In this document: positions 39,619-50,000 of the stretch, in pieces | Numbering within the stretch: the first letter of the stretch is position 1 | How the letters are laid out: every line of letters begins with the position of its first letter | Notes under the pieces: generated by a model | Told to the model about the DNA's origin: nothing | What the model saw: the letters and a program-made list of their open reading frames with translations, nothing else | Databases searched by the model: none | Translations under genes and position numbers: made by a program | Origin: an uncultured virus (IMG/VR IMGVR_UViG_3300006620_000015) | Taxonomy: Duplodnaviria; Heunggongvirae; Uroviricota; Caudoviricetes | IMG/VR virus record: IMGVR_UViG_3300006620_000015 | Strand: one strand, 5' to 3' | DNA length: 64,000 nt

Positions 39619-40047
39619 TCAACAGTTCCAAGCTCTCAGTGATTTATTAATTCTAGAATCAGGGTCTCTAGCAGTTTTCTTAGAGGTTAACTTTTTCTTC
39701 ATACCCTTCATTCTAGCGCAGAAGGATGCCCTCCTGGGATTTCCAACTTTTTTGCTTGGTGCTTTAAGGTCAGATCCTGGATTTTCCTTTTCATAAGATC
39801 TACGTCCTTTAGCGTTAAGTCCTCCAGACTTACTTTTTCCTGATTTTTTTGTCCAGGCTGCGCCTTCTTGTGTGAGTTCAACTTCTTCTTTAGCAGTCCG
39901 CGCCGCTTTTTTAAAGGCATCCTTCGCAGGATAATCCTTATCTCCTGGTTTAGCAGGGGAGTCACCACGCTTTCTTTTAGCATGGATGTTGGCATAAAGT
40001 CCACGTTTCGCTTCTGAAAGCTCTCTAAATTCTTTAAATGACTTCAT
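39619..40047 (-). CDS. Basic late protein (DUF6321-like) with capsid-targeting-like N-terminus
   Basis: MKSFKEFRELSEA; GLYANIHAKRKR; GGLNAKGRRSY...RRASFCARMKGM...SLRAWNC. Confidence 0.82.
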   Translation of the reverse strand: MKSFKEFRELSEAKRGLYANIHAKRKRGDSPAKPGDKDYPAKDAFKKAARTAKEEVELTQEGAAWTKKSGKSKSGGLNAKGRRSYEKENPGSDLKAPSKKVGNPRRASFCARMKGMKKKLTSKKTARDPDSRINKSLRAWNC

Positions 40048-40077
40048 GTAACGACGGGGGTTTACTAGTTTATTTAT

Positions 40078-40338
40078 TCAATTTTGGTATGCAATTGCTG
40101 ATGCCCACACAGAACCACTGGCAGTACTAGCATCTACTACAGCACCAGGATCTTTTCTGATTGCCATCCCTTCGCCAGCAGGAATGTAAACTGTGACTGC
40201 TGAAGCATTAGCAACAGTAACTTTTGCAGCAGCATTGTTTGTATTTACTACCCAAAGAAGTGTTCCTGCTAAAGCAGTAGCATCAGCTAATGCAGCTGCC
40301 TGAATATCTTCTGCAGAAGAGAGTGGTTTAATAATCAT
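40078..40338 (-). CDS. Small Ala-rich hypothetical protein
   Basis: 86-aa ORF in late cluster with ATAAATA upstream. Confidence 0.72.
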   Translation of the reverse strand: MIIKPLSSAEDIQAAALADATALAGTLLWVVNTNNAAAKVTVANASAVTVYIPAGEGMAIRKDPGAVVDASTASGSVWASAIAYQN

Positions 40339-40355
40339 TTGTCTATACTTTTTAG

Positions 40356-40772
40356 TTATTTATCTTCCAGATTGTTTTTTGCCTGCTTAAGCATCTTAGC
40401 AAGATCAGCAGTAGAACCTACGAACATAGTATTGTTTACGGTAGATGGTCCTTTCTTTTCTTCTTGACCTAAATCTTTCATTTTCTTTTGAAGGTCTGCT
40501 AACTTATCAGTGATGTCAGCGACGTTCTTAATGCCCTGGAAGGCGACTTCATATGCCCTTGGGTGATTGCTGCTCCTAGCAACGTCTAACAACTCCTCAA
40601 TGGCAACCTGACCCTTCTGGATGAGTTCATACAACTCTCCACGGGCATACTTATAATCTGTCTCTACATCAGCAGCATCAACTTCCACCTTCTCAGGTTT
40701 GGGTTGCTCTACCTCATCCATAGGAGTGATGTCAAAAACATCCTCCATGTTCTTCTGAAATTTATTGTCCAT
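40356..40772 (-). CDS. gp16: Terminase small subunit (T4 gp16)
   Basis: DYKYAR, HPRAYEV, NNTMFVGSTADL. Confidence 0.94.
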   Translation of the reverse strand: MDNKFQKNMEDVFDITPMDEVEQPKPEKVEVDAADVETDYKYARGELYELIQKGQVAIEELLDVARSSNHPRAYEVAFQGIKNVADITDKLADLQKKMKDLGQEEKKGPSTVNNTMFVGSTADLAKMLKQAKNNLEDK

Positions 40773-41568
40773 GATATGTTATACCTTCATTAAATCCAAA
40801 GTCATCATCTGGTTGTAACAGAGCGTCATCAGCAGCATTAATAACACCATCGTTATTTTTATCTTCTAATGCCTTCGGCGTGACATTGTATTCCATGGCT
40901 CTAGCATTAGTATTTTTATCACCAATGAGTGTAGTAGCAATGGACTTTCTGATAATATCGTTGGCAGCAACGGGACCATACATGTAAGTCTTAACTGAGA
41001 ATCTTAGTGTATAGTAGATATATCTTCTGGTAGAATAGTCACCTTCATAATCATCTGTAAAATCAATACTTTCTAAGATGATAGGAATATCTCTCTTCTC
41101 GTTCATTTCAGGAATAAGGTCCACAGTCATACTAAACTGTGGTTGAAAGAATGGAAGAATTTGCTCAAGAATTTGCAATGCATCGTCCTGAGACTTTGCA
41201 ATTACATTTAACTCAAACCCAATATTATATGGTACAGGAAGATACTGTACTTTTGTTGTTGTAGTCTTACCATCTCCAACAGCTCTATTTCTCTGAATAG
41301 GTGGAACCTTTCTTCCAGAATCATATGTGATACCAGTCATCTCAAACGACAATCTAGGTACGGTAATCGTTACCTTCTTGTCGAGATTTGGTGCTGCATC
41401 AAGTCTCGCTAAAAACTTTTGAATAGGACCATATGCCAATGGAACTTTTTGCTCCATGACGTTCCCGCCATTAGCATCCAAAGTTTTTAATTGAATGTTA
41501 TTAAAAAGTGTACCAAATGTGGTAACAGTCTTTCTAATAATTTTGTGATAAAAATAATTTCCTAACAT
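40762..41568 (-). CDS. gp15: Tail sheath stabilizer (T4 gp15)
   Basis: FGTLFNNI, VPLAYGP.QKFLAR, PRLSFE, QILEQILPFFQP. Confidence 0.95.
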   Translation of the reverse strand: MLGNYFYHKIIRKTVTTFGTLFNNIQLKTLDANGGNVMEQKVPLAYGPIQKFLARLDAAPNLDKKVTITVPRLSFEMTGITYDSGRKVPPIQRNRAVGDGKTTTTKVQYLPVPYNIGFELNVIAKSQDDALQILEQILPFFQPQFSMTVDLIPEMNEKRDIPIILESIDFTDDYEGDYSTRRYIYYTLRFSVKTYMYGPVAANDIIRKSIATTLIGDKNTNARAMEYNVTPKALEDKNNDGVINAADDALLQPDDDFGFNEGITYHGQ

Positions 41569-42725
41569 TAAAAGCTACCTGTAAAATTACCAAATTCTCC
41601 GAACGGATTCCTTTCAGTGAAGTCAAGAATATCATCCGCTTCATCTTCTAGTTGTCTATTCTCAGAGAATGAGTCTGTCATATCAAGAGTATCAAAAGAA
41701 CCAACGTTCCATTTAGCACCAGAGTCATAACCACAAATCAATTCGTTAATATCAAAAGTGCCGTTAGCATATGCGACACTCAGAGTTCTGGTATCTTCAT
41801 CCCACTCAGCAACTTTTGCAACTACATTTCCTGGAGAACTTTCTATTTTAACCACAGGATAATTTGCTGGCCATGGTGTAATGGTATCTACCTGACCAAT
41901 TTGATCATATGTTACATCTGCATATATGTATGGAGTTGATGGTGGAATAACACTATCAACTTTTCCATCAACTAAAGTAGTAGATCCTTGTCCAATCAGT
42001 TGACCGTTTGGTGCATAAAAATATGAAATTGGAGGCGTAGTGTATCTTTCGCCAGCATTTGTGATCGTAATAGTACCGAGAACTCCTTGAGTTCCAGTAG
42101 TAGTACCAGTTGCAGTTGCTGTATATCTAGTACCATCAATCCTTTCGTCTTGAACAAAAGTACCAGATCCTCCAACACTGAGAATGATTGGATATACACC
42201 AGATTCCATTTCAGTGTTGTCAACGGCAGGAATACCAGTATCAAAGATACTGTCTCCATACTCAAAGACTTCACATGTCATGGTATATGTATATAGACTT
42301 CCTAATTGATAGAAAGGTTTTTGGTTCTCTACATACTTGATTTCAAATACAGTTTCATTTAATGGGAACCAGATAAGGTCGCCATCGTTGGGTCTTCCGC
42401 TAACAATTTTATTAGTCTGAACATCAACAAAATCTTTCCACCTTCTTCTAGAAACTGTGAGTTGAATCTCATCAGTTACACGGAGACCAAATTTTGATAG
42501 CATGTCTCCATTGCCACCAAACTGCTCAAAGTTTTCAAGATACATCTCAATGAGATAACTATCTTTAAACTGTGAGTAGTAGATGTCATTCCATAATTTA
42601 TCCTCATGGATTTGACGAGGAATGTAGTAGCATTCCAGACCATACATTTTGATCTGTTCGTCTACAAGATCCTGGACTAATCCTTGTTCACCTTTTGTTC
42701 CTTGTGTGAAGTATAAATTCTTCAT
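41568..42725 (-). CDS. gp14: Neck protein (T4 gp14)
   Basis: EQIKMYG..CYYIPR, LSKFG, RPNDGDLIWFP, DFTERNPFGE. Confidence 0.93.
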   Translation of the reverse strand: MKNLYFTQGTKGEQGLVQDLVDEQIKMYGLECYYIPRQIHEDKLWNDIYYSQFKDSYLIEMYLENFEQFGGNGDMLSKFGLRVTDEIQLTVSRRRWKDFVDVQTNKIVSGRPNDGDLIWFPLNETVFEIKYVENQKPFYQLGSLYTYTMTCEVFEYGDSIFDTGIPAVDNTEMESGVYPIILSVGGSGTFVQDERIDGTRYTATATGTTTGTQGVLGTITITNAGERYTTPPISYFYAPNGQLIGQGSTTLVDGKVDSVIPPSTPYIYADVTYDQIGQVDTITPWPANYPVVKIESSPGNVVAKVAEWDEDTRTLSVAYANGTFDINELICGYDSGAKWNVGSFDTLDMTDSFSENRQLEDEADDILDFTERNPFGEFGNFTGSF

Positions 42726-42726
42726 C

Positions 42727-43521
42727 TTATCCGATCATGTCTAGTGGTGGTAACTCGTATTCTAACTTGAAGTCATCCATGATCATTTGAATCTCACGTT
42801 GAGCATCCTCATAGAACTCTCTACCGTTTAGAGTTGTTCCACCAGGAAGTGCTACGTTTTTAAACTTAATCAAGTTCTGTCCCCACTGACGTTTAATCAG
42901 AGCGGTGAGATATCTCTTCAACCATTTGTCATTATAAACTTCTGATGCATTGGTAGGATCAATCATCCTATAGCAGTCAAGAATCAAATGCTGTCCAGGT
43001 GTGATGTTATCCCAGTCAGTATCAATATATAATCTATTTTCTCTCTTATTAAATCTTACTGGTTTAAAGTTACCAATAACAAAATCAAGAGTTTCAAGAT
43101 ATTGCTTTACCATATAATAGTTCAGGATTTCCATTGAACCAAAGTTATAGAAATCATTCAGGAACAACTGATACTTCATGCTGAAGATGTTTCCTGATAC
43201 TGCTGATGAACTATTGTCATAAGCATATACCTGAGTTACTCCGAGAACATGCTCAGGGACAGTAACATAGTTGTTCTGCTCCTTAAAATCTGTACCAGAA
43301 ATTGTACTGTTCGCTTTCGCGTCAGTAATCATCTGCTCAGTAACTTCTAGTTTTAAAAATGTTTTGATGCTTCCATCAAAATGACGCTCTTGGAAGAATT
43401 GAATAGCATCATCCACAAGATCCTCAATCTGATCATCATCTACGTTAATCTCTAGGACGGGAAAACCTAATTTCCTTAAGCAGTAATCAATTAGCTCCTG
43501 GCGTGTTGAGGGTCGTGCCAT
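42727..43521 (-). CDS. gp13: Neck protein (T4 gp13)
   Basis: YCLRKLGFPVLEINV, KRQWGQNLIKF, LPGG.TLNG. Confidence 0.96.
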   Translation of the reverse strand: MARPSTRQELIDYCLRKLGFPVLEINVDDDQIEDLVDDAIQFFQERHFDGSIKTFLKLEVTEQMITDAKANSTISGTDFKEQNNYVTVPEHVLGVTQVYAYDNSSSAVSGNIFSMKYQLFLNDFYNFGSMEILNYYMVKQYLETLDFVIGNFKPVRFNKRENRLYIDTDWDNITPGQHLILDCYRMIDPTNASEVYNDKWLKRYLTALIKRQWGQNLIKFKNVALPGGTTLNGREFYEDAQREIQMIMDDFKLEYELPPLDMIG

Positions 43522-43525
43522 GAAT

Positions 43526-43560
43526 AAAAAAATACCCCTAGTTTCCTAGAGGTATTTATA
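43526..43560 (-). promoter_or_regulatory. Late promoter overlapping a terminator-like hairpin upstream of gp13
   Basis: TATAAATACCTCTAG-GAAA-CTAGGGGTATTTTTTT. Confidence 0.7.
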
Positions 43561-43569
43561 AATCCTATA

Positions 43570-44157
43570 TTAGCAGCTAGCAAAACATAAATTGAATGAT
43601 ATTACAATTTTTCTAGCATCAGACTTTTGTTGAGTTACACCGTGATGAAAATCCGAAGAGAAAAGATACATGGTATCAATACTACAGGGCATTGAAACTA
43701 CGTCAAGACTTATATCATTTATTTCTTGAGGATGCTCTATGATATTTTTGTATGGATCATAAAATGAAATTTTATGAGACTCATCAGAATCTAAGTAATA
43801 TGCACCAGAACAAATTGATCCAGGGTGAGTGTGGGGAAACAAATAATCTCCCTTCCCAGAGACATTAAACCACATGTTAGTAACACGAAGAGTATTTGTT
43901 AAAAACTCATGATATCCACATGCTTTTAAAAACTCAGATGAGTTCTCTAATATTTTTTTTGTTAGTGGTTTAAACGCTGGCAATCTATGTATGGTCTGGA
44001 TTGTTTGATGTGAAGATTCTACATTCAGAGATCCATTTCTCCATGTACCATGTTTAGATAATTCTTCTACTTCAGAAACCATATTATTAACGGCATCAGT
44101 CCCAAATACGTTTGAAAATTCTCCAACCACCTTTGGGAAAAATTTATTTATTTTCAT
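43570..44157 (-). CDS. Putative 2OG-Fe(II) oxygenase (TIGR02466-like)
   Basis: MWFN...PHTHPGSICSGAYY, FSSDFHHGV, RKIVISFN. Confidence 0.82.
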   Translation of the reverse strand: MKINKFFPKVVGEFSNVFGTDAVNNMVSEVEELSKHGTWRNGSLNVESSHQTIQTIHRLPAFKPLTKKILENSSEFLKACGYHEFLTNTLRVTNMWFNVSGKGDYLFPHTHPGSICSGAYYLDSDESHKISFYDPYKNIIEHPQEINDISLDVVSMPCSIDTMYLFSSDFHHGVTQQKSDARKIVISFNLCFASC

Positions 44158-44158
44158 A

Positions 44159-44479
44159 CTAAAAATTTTGTTGTACTAAGAAATCAGTATTATCTTCGGG
44201 GTTATCTCTGACGCAATCTACTAAAAACCAATTTCGCATTGCTGCTACTGTATCAAAAACAGCAACCTGATTTTCAAATTCACACCAGAATAAAAATCCA
44301 TCGTTTAGTTCCCATCCATTTGGTCGATCAACATCCTCACCTCTAACTAGTGGATGTGGTTGATCATCGTCTTCATTGTCATTTGAAATAATTTCAATTG
44401 ACATATGTTTATTTTCCCCATGAACACCTTCAATCTCTTTGATTATATCATATAGGGGGATATCCGAAACTGTAGTCAT
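44159..44479 (-). CDS. Hypothetical acidic protein
   Basis: 106-aa ORF; CTAAATA at ~44514-44520. Confidence 0.65.
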   Translation of the reverse strand: MTTVSDIPLYDIIKEIEGVHGENKHMSIEIISNDNEDDDQPHPLVRGEDVDRPNGWELNDGFLFWCEFENQVAVFDTVAAMRNWFLVDCVRDNPEDNTDFLVQQNF

Positions 44480-44524
44480 TTTCAGTAACTATAAATATGT
44501 GAGTAACTGAATTTATTTAGCTTG

Positions 44525-44553
44525 TTGACGCAACATAAATTCTATACTATAAT
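44525..44553 (+). promoter_or_regulatory. sigma70-type promoter of the plus-strand 3-gene operon
   Basis: TTGACG-17 nt-TATAAT; also a plus-strand TATAAATA at 44490-44497; SD AGGA before ATG 44575. Confidence 0.78.
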
Positions 44554-44574
44554 TATATCACACACAGGAAAGAA

Positions 44575-45024
44575 ATGAGTATTAAACTTTGTTTGCTGAA
44601 GAATTCAGAAACTGCAATTTGCGATTTGAGGGAGATGATCGACCCCGAAGGAAATGAAAGTGTAGGATATTTTATGAGTGACCCATTTAAAGTAACTCAA
44701 GTTGGAGTTGGTCGAGTTGAAGTATCATCTCAAGATGATGAACCATTGGAAACTGGAGAATGCCGAGTTGAATTTCACAGATTATTTCCATTGTCAAATG
44801 ATAGGGGATTTAATGTTTCACACGAATTTATTGATGTGGTGTATGAACCCCATCCAGAACTTGTGGAATCATATCTAGGAATTCTTAAAAAATTTATTGA
44901 TGAGCATAAGACAAATGAAGTGTCTCTTGAAGGAAGTTTCCTAGTTAATTCAACTGAACTGTCTGAGGAGGATAGTCAAAAATTCCAAAATCAATTCTTG
45001 CCTGATGGAGGAGCTAAAGTTTGA
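44575..45024 (+). CDS. Sm-like-fold hypothetical protein
   Basis: MSIKLCLLKNSETAICDLREM...DPF...FPLS...VYEP..L..Y; resembles 14298-14660. Confidence 0.78.
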   Translation: MSIKLCLLKNSETAICDLREMIDPEGNESVGYFMSDPFKVTQVGVGRVEVSSQDDEPLETGECRVEFHRLFPLSNDRGFNVSHEFIDVVYEPHPELVESYLGILKKFIDEHKTNEVSLEGSFLVNSTELSEEDSQKFQNQFLPDGGAKV

Positions 45025-45914
45025 TCATGAGTGAATTTCCTAAAGACAAAACTAAATTTTTTGATAACTTTTGCTTTGAGTCGGGTCATACTTTCAATGC
45101 AAATGAATCTAGATACGGCAAACTTTCCTATGTAGTCGTCGATAATTTCTTTAAAGATCCAGATAATGTTCGTGATAATCTTCTAACTATTCCTTTTGAT
45201 ACAGGACAACAACTGTTGGACGGTATTATGGAGAAAGGAGAAGAATGTAAATTCATGAAACCCATGGGTCATAATCAATTGATTAGTTCCAATCTAACTC
45301 AACAATGGACTTGGACTATCATTGAGATGATGAAAGATTTTAATTACATCCCTATGGATGATAATAAAGAAAAAGATGTTGCGTCGATTAGTAGAATGAT
45401 GAACTCTGTCAGATATGACGGCAGTTTATATTATCCAGACATGACAGTCAATTGTAATAATGTGAAATGTCATCCACGGCAAGCTGATTTTAATTTTACT
45501 ATTTTTCTTGGCGATGCAGAAGGTGATGAAAATGGAATGAGTTTTTATAATATGGAATATGAAGATGAAGTATACTGGGGTATTACAGACATTTTAAATA
45601 GTGTTGAGGATCCAGATCTCAGACTAGAGTTTCAAGATCTTTTGCAATACAAATATCAACCAACTAGTAATATAGAAAAATTTTCTGATTGGCAGGGAGA
45701 TAACTACTACAAAAAATTAGTTAATATTCCTGCGGTTTATAATAGATTGATTCTTTTTTCTGGAGATACTTTCTCTCAGCAAAATTACGATAATAAATCT
45801 GCACGATATACTATCGATGGATCTATCAATATTCCTCCTGAGTTTAAAAACGATGATGGAATGTTAAACTCAGAAGGTTTAGATGCAATGATGCAGGGAG
45901 CACCAGTTGTATGA
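45021..45914 (+). CDS. DUF6445-like protein, metal ligands apparently lost
   Basis: VVDNFFKDPD, YNRLILFSG; CHPR and FSQ replace PHxD and FH. Confidence 0.72.
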   Translation: MIMSEFPKDKTKFFDNFCFESGHTFNANESRYGKLSYVVVDNFFKDPDNVRDNLLTIPFDTGQQLLDGIMEKGEECKFMKPMGHNQLISSNLTQQWTWTIIEMMKDFNYIPMDDNKEKDVASISRMMNSVRYDGSLYYPDMTVNCNNVKCHPRQADFNFTIFLGDAEGDENGMSFYNMEYEDEVYWGITDILNSVEDPDLRLEFQDLLQYKYQPTSNIEKFSDWQGDNYYKKLVNIPAVYNRLILFSGDTFSQQNYDNKSARYTIDGSINIPPEFKNDDGMLNSEGLDAMMQGAPVV

Positions 45915-46681
45915 TTAAGGATGTTGATATTACCCAGGTTCCTAGATATAATTCTAGCGAAATTGCTAGAATTATGGAAGTTAATCTTGACTTTGAAGTC
46001 GAACATAATGTTGTTGAGGGTTTAGAATATCTTAAGATCAAAAATTTTCTTAAGTATCCAGAAGAATTGAAGGAGTTTTTATTAAAATTTCCTTGTGAAG
46101 ATAGGACTATGAGTCTCGAAGCAGGTGAAGAGCATCTTATTACTGGAAGTAAAGCACCTGGATTTCAGCAACCAATTCCTACAAAATTTTTTAGTACGGG
46201 TATTAGTCATGCTTTTTATGCAGTTTTGAAGCAGAATAATATGATTAAATATGATGAAAAACGTTGTACATTTATGTATTATACGAATTGCTTCTACCCT
46301 AAAATGCCTGCATATAAAACAAATTATTTACCTCATGTAGATCCGTTTACATATGCACTTAATCTTTTCTTGACTGATGTTGAAGATACCTACACAGATT
46401 TCTTTAAAATGAAGATTAAAGATACTTATGTATATCAAACATCAGAATTATATAGGCATCCAAAAGAACATTATGATGATCTAGTGCATAGATTAGATCG
46501 AGAAGAAAGTTTTAGTAAGTGGAAAGTCTTTGAGGAAAATGAAATCTATAAAAGATACCATAGAATTCCTGCTGAATATAATTGTGCAACAGTGTATAGA
46601 GGAAATAGATGGCACTCAGCTGGTTATGATGCTGAAAATGAAACGAAAACTAGATATTCTTTAGTTGGTGTAATTAATTAA
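45911..46681 (+). CDS. DUF6445-like 2OG-Fe(II) oxygenase-fold protein
   Basis: IKNFLKYPE, PHVD, EYNCATVYRGNRWH, distal R. Confidence 0.75.
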   Translation: MIKDVDITQVPRYNSSEIARIMEVNLDFEVEHNVVEGLEYLKIKNFLKYPEELKEFLLKFPCEDRTMSLEAGEEHLITGSKAPGFQQPIPTKFFSTGISHAFYAVLKQNNMIKYDEKRCTFMYYTNCFYPKMPAYKTNYLPHVDPFTYALNLFLTDVEDTYTDFFKMKIKDTYVYQTSELYRHPKEHYDDLVHRLDREESFSKWKVFEENEIYKRYHRIPAEYNCATVYRGNRWHSAGYDAENETKTRYSLVGVIN

Positions 46682-46710
46682 AAAAAATGGGGGTCGTAAG
46701 ACCCCCTTTT
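46680..46710. terminator. Bidirectional intrinsic terminator between convergent genes
   Basis: A-run, GGGGGTC-GTAA-GACCCCC, T-run. Confidence 0.85.
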
Positions 46711-46727
46711 TAATGTTTTTTAATGCT

Positions 46728-46994
46728 TCAAATTACAGTTCTTGCTGCTTCTTTGAATTGACGAGGTGCATATTTGTTCCAGAGCTCGTCTACTTTTTCT
46801 AATGCTGCAGCATCTTTATGAAATTTATCATTATGTTGATTCTTCAATTTACCTTGAAGTTTTCTAGCAAGTTTGTATGATGCAATAGCATCAGCATCTT
46901 CTGTTTCGTGGAAGTCCCATTGGACCGCCGCAAGGGCGGTCTCAAGATCTTCCATTGTTGCGTCTGTTCCAGAGATTGAATAGTCTAAGTTCAT
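46728..46994 (-). CDS. Hypothetical protein
   Basis: 88 aa, strong SD AAGGAGG. Confidence 0.75.
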   Translation of the reverse strand: MNLDYSISGTDATMEDLETALAAVQWDFHETEDADAIASYKLARKLQGKLKNQHNDKFHKDAAALEKVDELWNKYAPRQFKEAARTVI

Positions 46995-47012
46995 TTAAAT
47001 GTTCCTCCTTGA

Positions 47013-50000
47013 TTATGCTTGTGATTCCTGCCAGGTTACACGGGCAGATACTGAATATGGGTTGTTGATGCTAACGTCGGTAGAGTCAACGATGTTCGCA
47101 ATGACGGTAAGTAAGTCAGGTCCGTTAGGATAGATACCATCGCCACCGAGAATTGAGTTGCCAAGATCACTCAGTTTACTCAGATCATATTCGGTACTTG
47201 CAGTTTGACCGTTACCAGAACCAGATGCTCTGAAGGACAGAATCTTAGCACCACCAGTAATAATGTCATCACCTTTATGCTGTACTAACTGACAGAGTGA
47301 AGGATCATCAACATTCTGGAATTCATCAGTAGAAAGTTGTGGGTTCAGAATCAGAGTAATCTCAGTTTCGTGTGTAGTAAGAATACCAACAGAGTCAAGT
47401 TTAAGTGCCATTCTGTTAATGATTTCTCTTTGACCCAAGGAACCTGTAATAGAAGAGTCTACTGAAGGTGCGAGTCTGATTGAAATCAGAGGAATGTTAC
47501 TAGGAATAATGTTATCAACTCCAGCTGGAGCACCGATGCTCATAGTTGTTCCACTTGTAACAGCAGGATTTCCTAAGTTGCTGTTGATTCTACTTGAGTA
47601 GTTATATGGGAATACTGATTGAGTTCCCTCAAAGTACTGGAAGTATGCTTCATAGTAGCTACTTGTAGTACGAGATCTAAAGTCAACAGGTCTACCTTCT
47701 AAGAAGTAGTTATTAGCAGTACTTGCATGATAAACCAGAGTACCAACTGAGAACTTAGATGCATCAGAAGTGCTGAATCTAACCACGACATACCAAGTTC
47801 TATTCCACCATGATCCAGTGTAATCGCTTCTGAGGAACGAGTTCTGTGATGTGCTAGCACTCTGTGAGGTAGCGTTCGTAAACTTCTGAACGTTGCCAGA
47901 TGCCGTGAACAGGTACGCTTCGTCATCCTGGAATGTACCATCCATGATAACTGAAGTACCCCAGTGGAACAGAGTTCCAACATATGATGGGTTGGGACCA
48001 TTAACAACTTCATAACGCGCAGGCAGGTTACCTGAACGGAAGTAAGATTCAGTCAAGCGGTTGTTGTGCTTGAATTCATGGACGTACTTGACGTGACCAT
48101 TCTGATCCTTAAATCCGAAACGGATCTTACCAGCACCATACCAAGAGAAGTCCATGTAGCACATCTGAATCTTATCAAGATTCAGAATATAACCAGAAGG
48201 ACCATTACCATCTGCTTTATCAATATTCCACTCACTTTGAGCAGCACGGGTGTCAATTGTCTTCGTGCAGATAACATCAGTTGCAGTAAGACCTCTGTAT
48301 GAAGGTTGTACAGTCAGGCGATTATTGTCATGTACCTTGATAACCTGATGAGTCATTCCACGAATAACGATATTATCACCAGGAGAAATTTGAGAAACAA
48401 ATCTCGTATTAGTACCATCAATAATCTGTGATGCATTCGTAACTGAAATAGTTCCAGGAAGCTGTTGAACAGAAGATCTTCTTACACAGTTGAGTGTATT
48501 GCCATCGAATTCAAAGAAGAATCCGTTTTGATCATCAAACATACCAGCACGAACACTACATCCAGACCAAGAAACAACGGATACGGTTGTGAATCCACCA
48601 CCAACAGTATTTGTTGGAATCGTTGGCAGAACATATCTGAAGGTAAATTCATCAGGTACGCTATGAATCAATGCAGTGGTGTTATATTCAACAATTGAAC
48701 AATCCTTAACGCGAACTTCTAATTCATTAGTTAAATTGTGTGGTTTCGCAGTTGTGATTGTTGCAAGTTTCAGTTGTTCAAATGTAACGTCTCCAGTAAG
48801 TGCAGAATCAAGTGCTGGTGCAATTTCAACTTGTGTTGCACTAAGAATTCTCTTAACTCTAGTTCCAGCACCAAGAGAAGAGTTACCAGTAACATCCATC
48901 TCAACCAGAAGACCAGTAGTATCAGCGATTGTGAGGACGTTTCCATCAAGATCTCCAGTAGCAGCAACTGTACTATCAGCACCAGAAGGAGTATATGAAA
49001 CAGATAATGCAGGGATCTGAGGAATGAAGTTGATAGCGAATGAAGTCTGGATACCCTTACCTGACTGATAACGGAAGTACTTACGAGTCTGTCTAGAAAT
49101 TCTGGAATTGGGTGACTTAGAAGTACCGATTTCCATACCACCATCAAATGGTCTGTGGAGGAAGAATCCATCAGGACGTACATAGATGAACGAAGGAATC
49201 AGATATGTTAAACTACTAGCACTGAAATCAAAGTCGGTGTCAACCAGAAGGTTATCATCATCAGTAATAGCAGTAATTCTCTTCTCGACAATTGTTCCTG
49301 GTGTAGTTGCAGGATTGACAACTCTCAGAGTATCACCAATCTTATAGAATCTCTGGAAAGCAGCACTAGAACCTACGACTTGTCTAGAACCATTGACAAC
49401 AGTAACTGTACCAGTACCAGAAACCTGACCAGACATAGAAGCACTAATCAACTGATGAGTTTCAGAAGATCCAGGTGCTGATGTAAGTGTGATTTCAGTA
49501 CCGTTCTGGGCATCAGCAAGAGTTTCAGCAAGTTGGAAGATGTTGTTATCAACAACAATGACATAATAGTCCTTACCATCAGTAAGACCACCAATTGCAG
49601 TTCCACCTTGAGCATCATAAATTACTCTTACGCCATTTGCGAAGAAGTGATTATTGATAGTGATGTCATCTCTAGAAGTATTGACAGCAGAGTTTGCATC
49701 GAAACCTTTCAGTGCGGGAGGAATCTTAAATGGTACAGTAACTTCGAGTTTCTTCTCACCGACAGCAATTGTTGATGTGTAAGAACCATCAGTTGTACCG
49801 AAAGAAGCAGTAGTATTTTCAAACGACTGAAGACCAGTTCCACTATCAGTGATGTCATCGCCCTCGCTTTGACCGATGGTAGACTTAAGGGCAAATCTGT
49901 TGGCATTAAGTACTTTGACATAGTAGGAATTACCTGTGGTAAGACCAGCAACAGCAGCTGCGCCAACGGCATCATATCTAAGAAGTTCGTTGTTAGAGAA

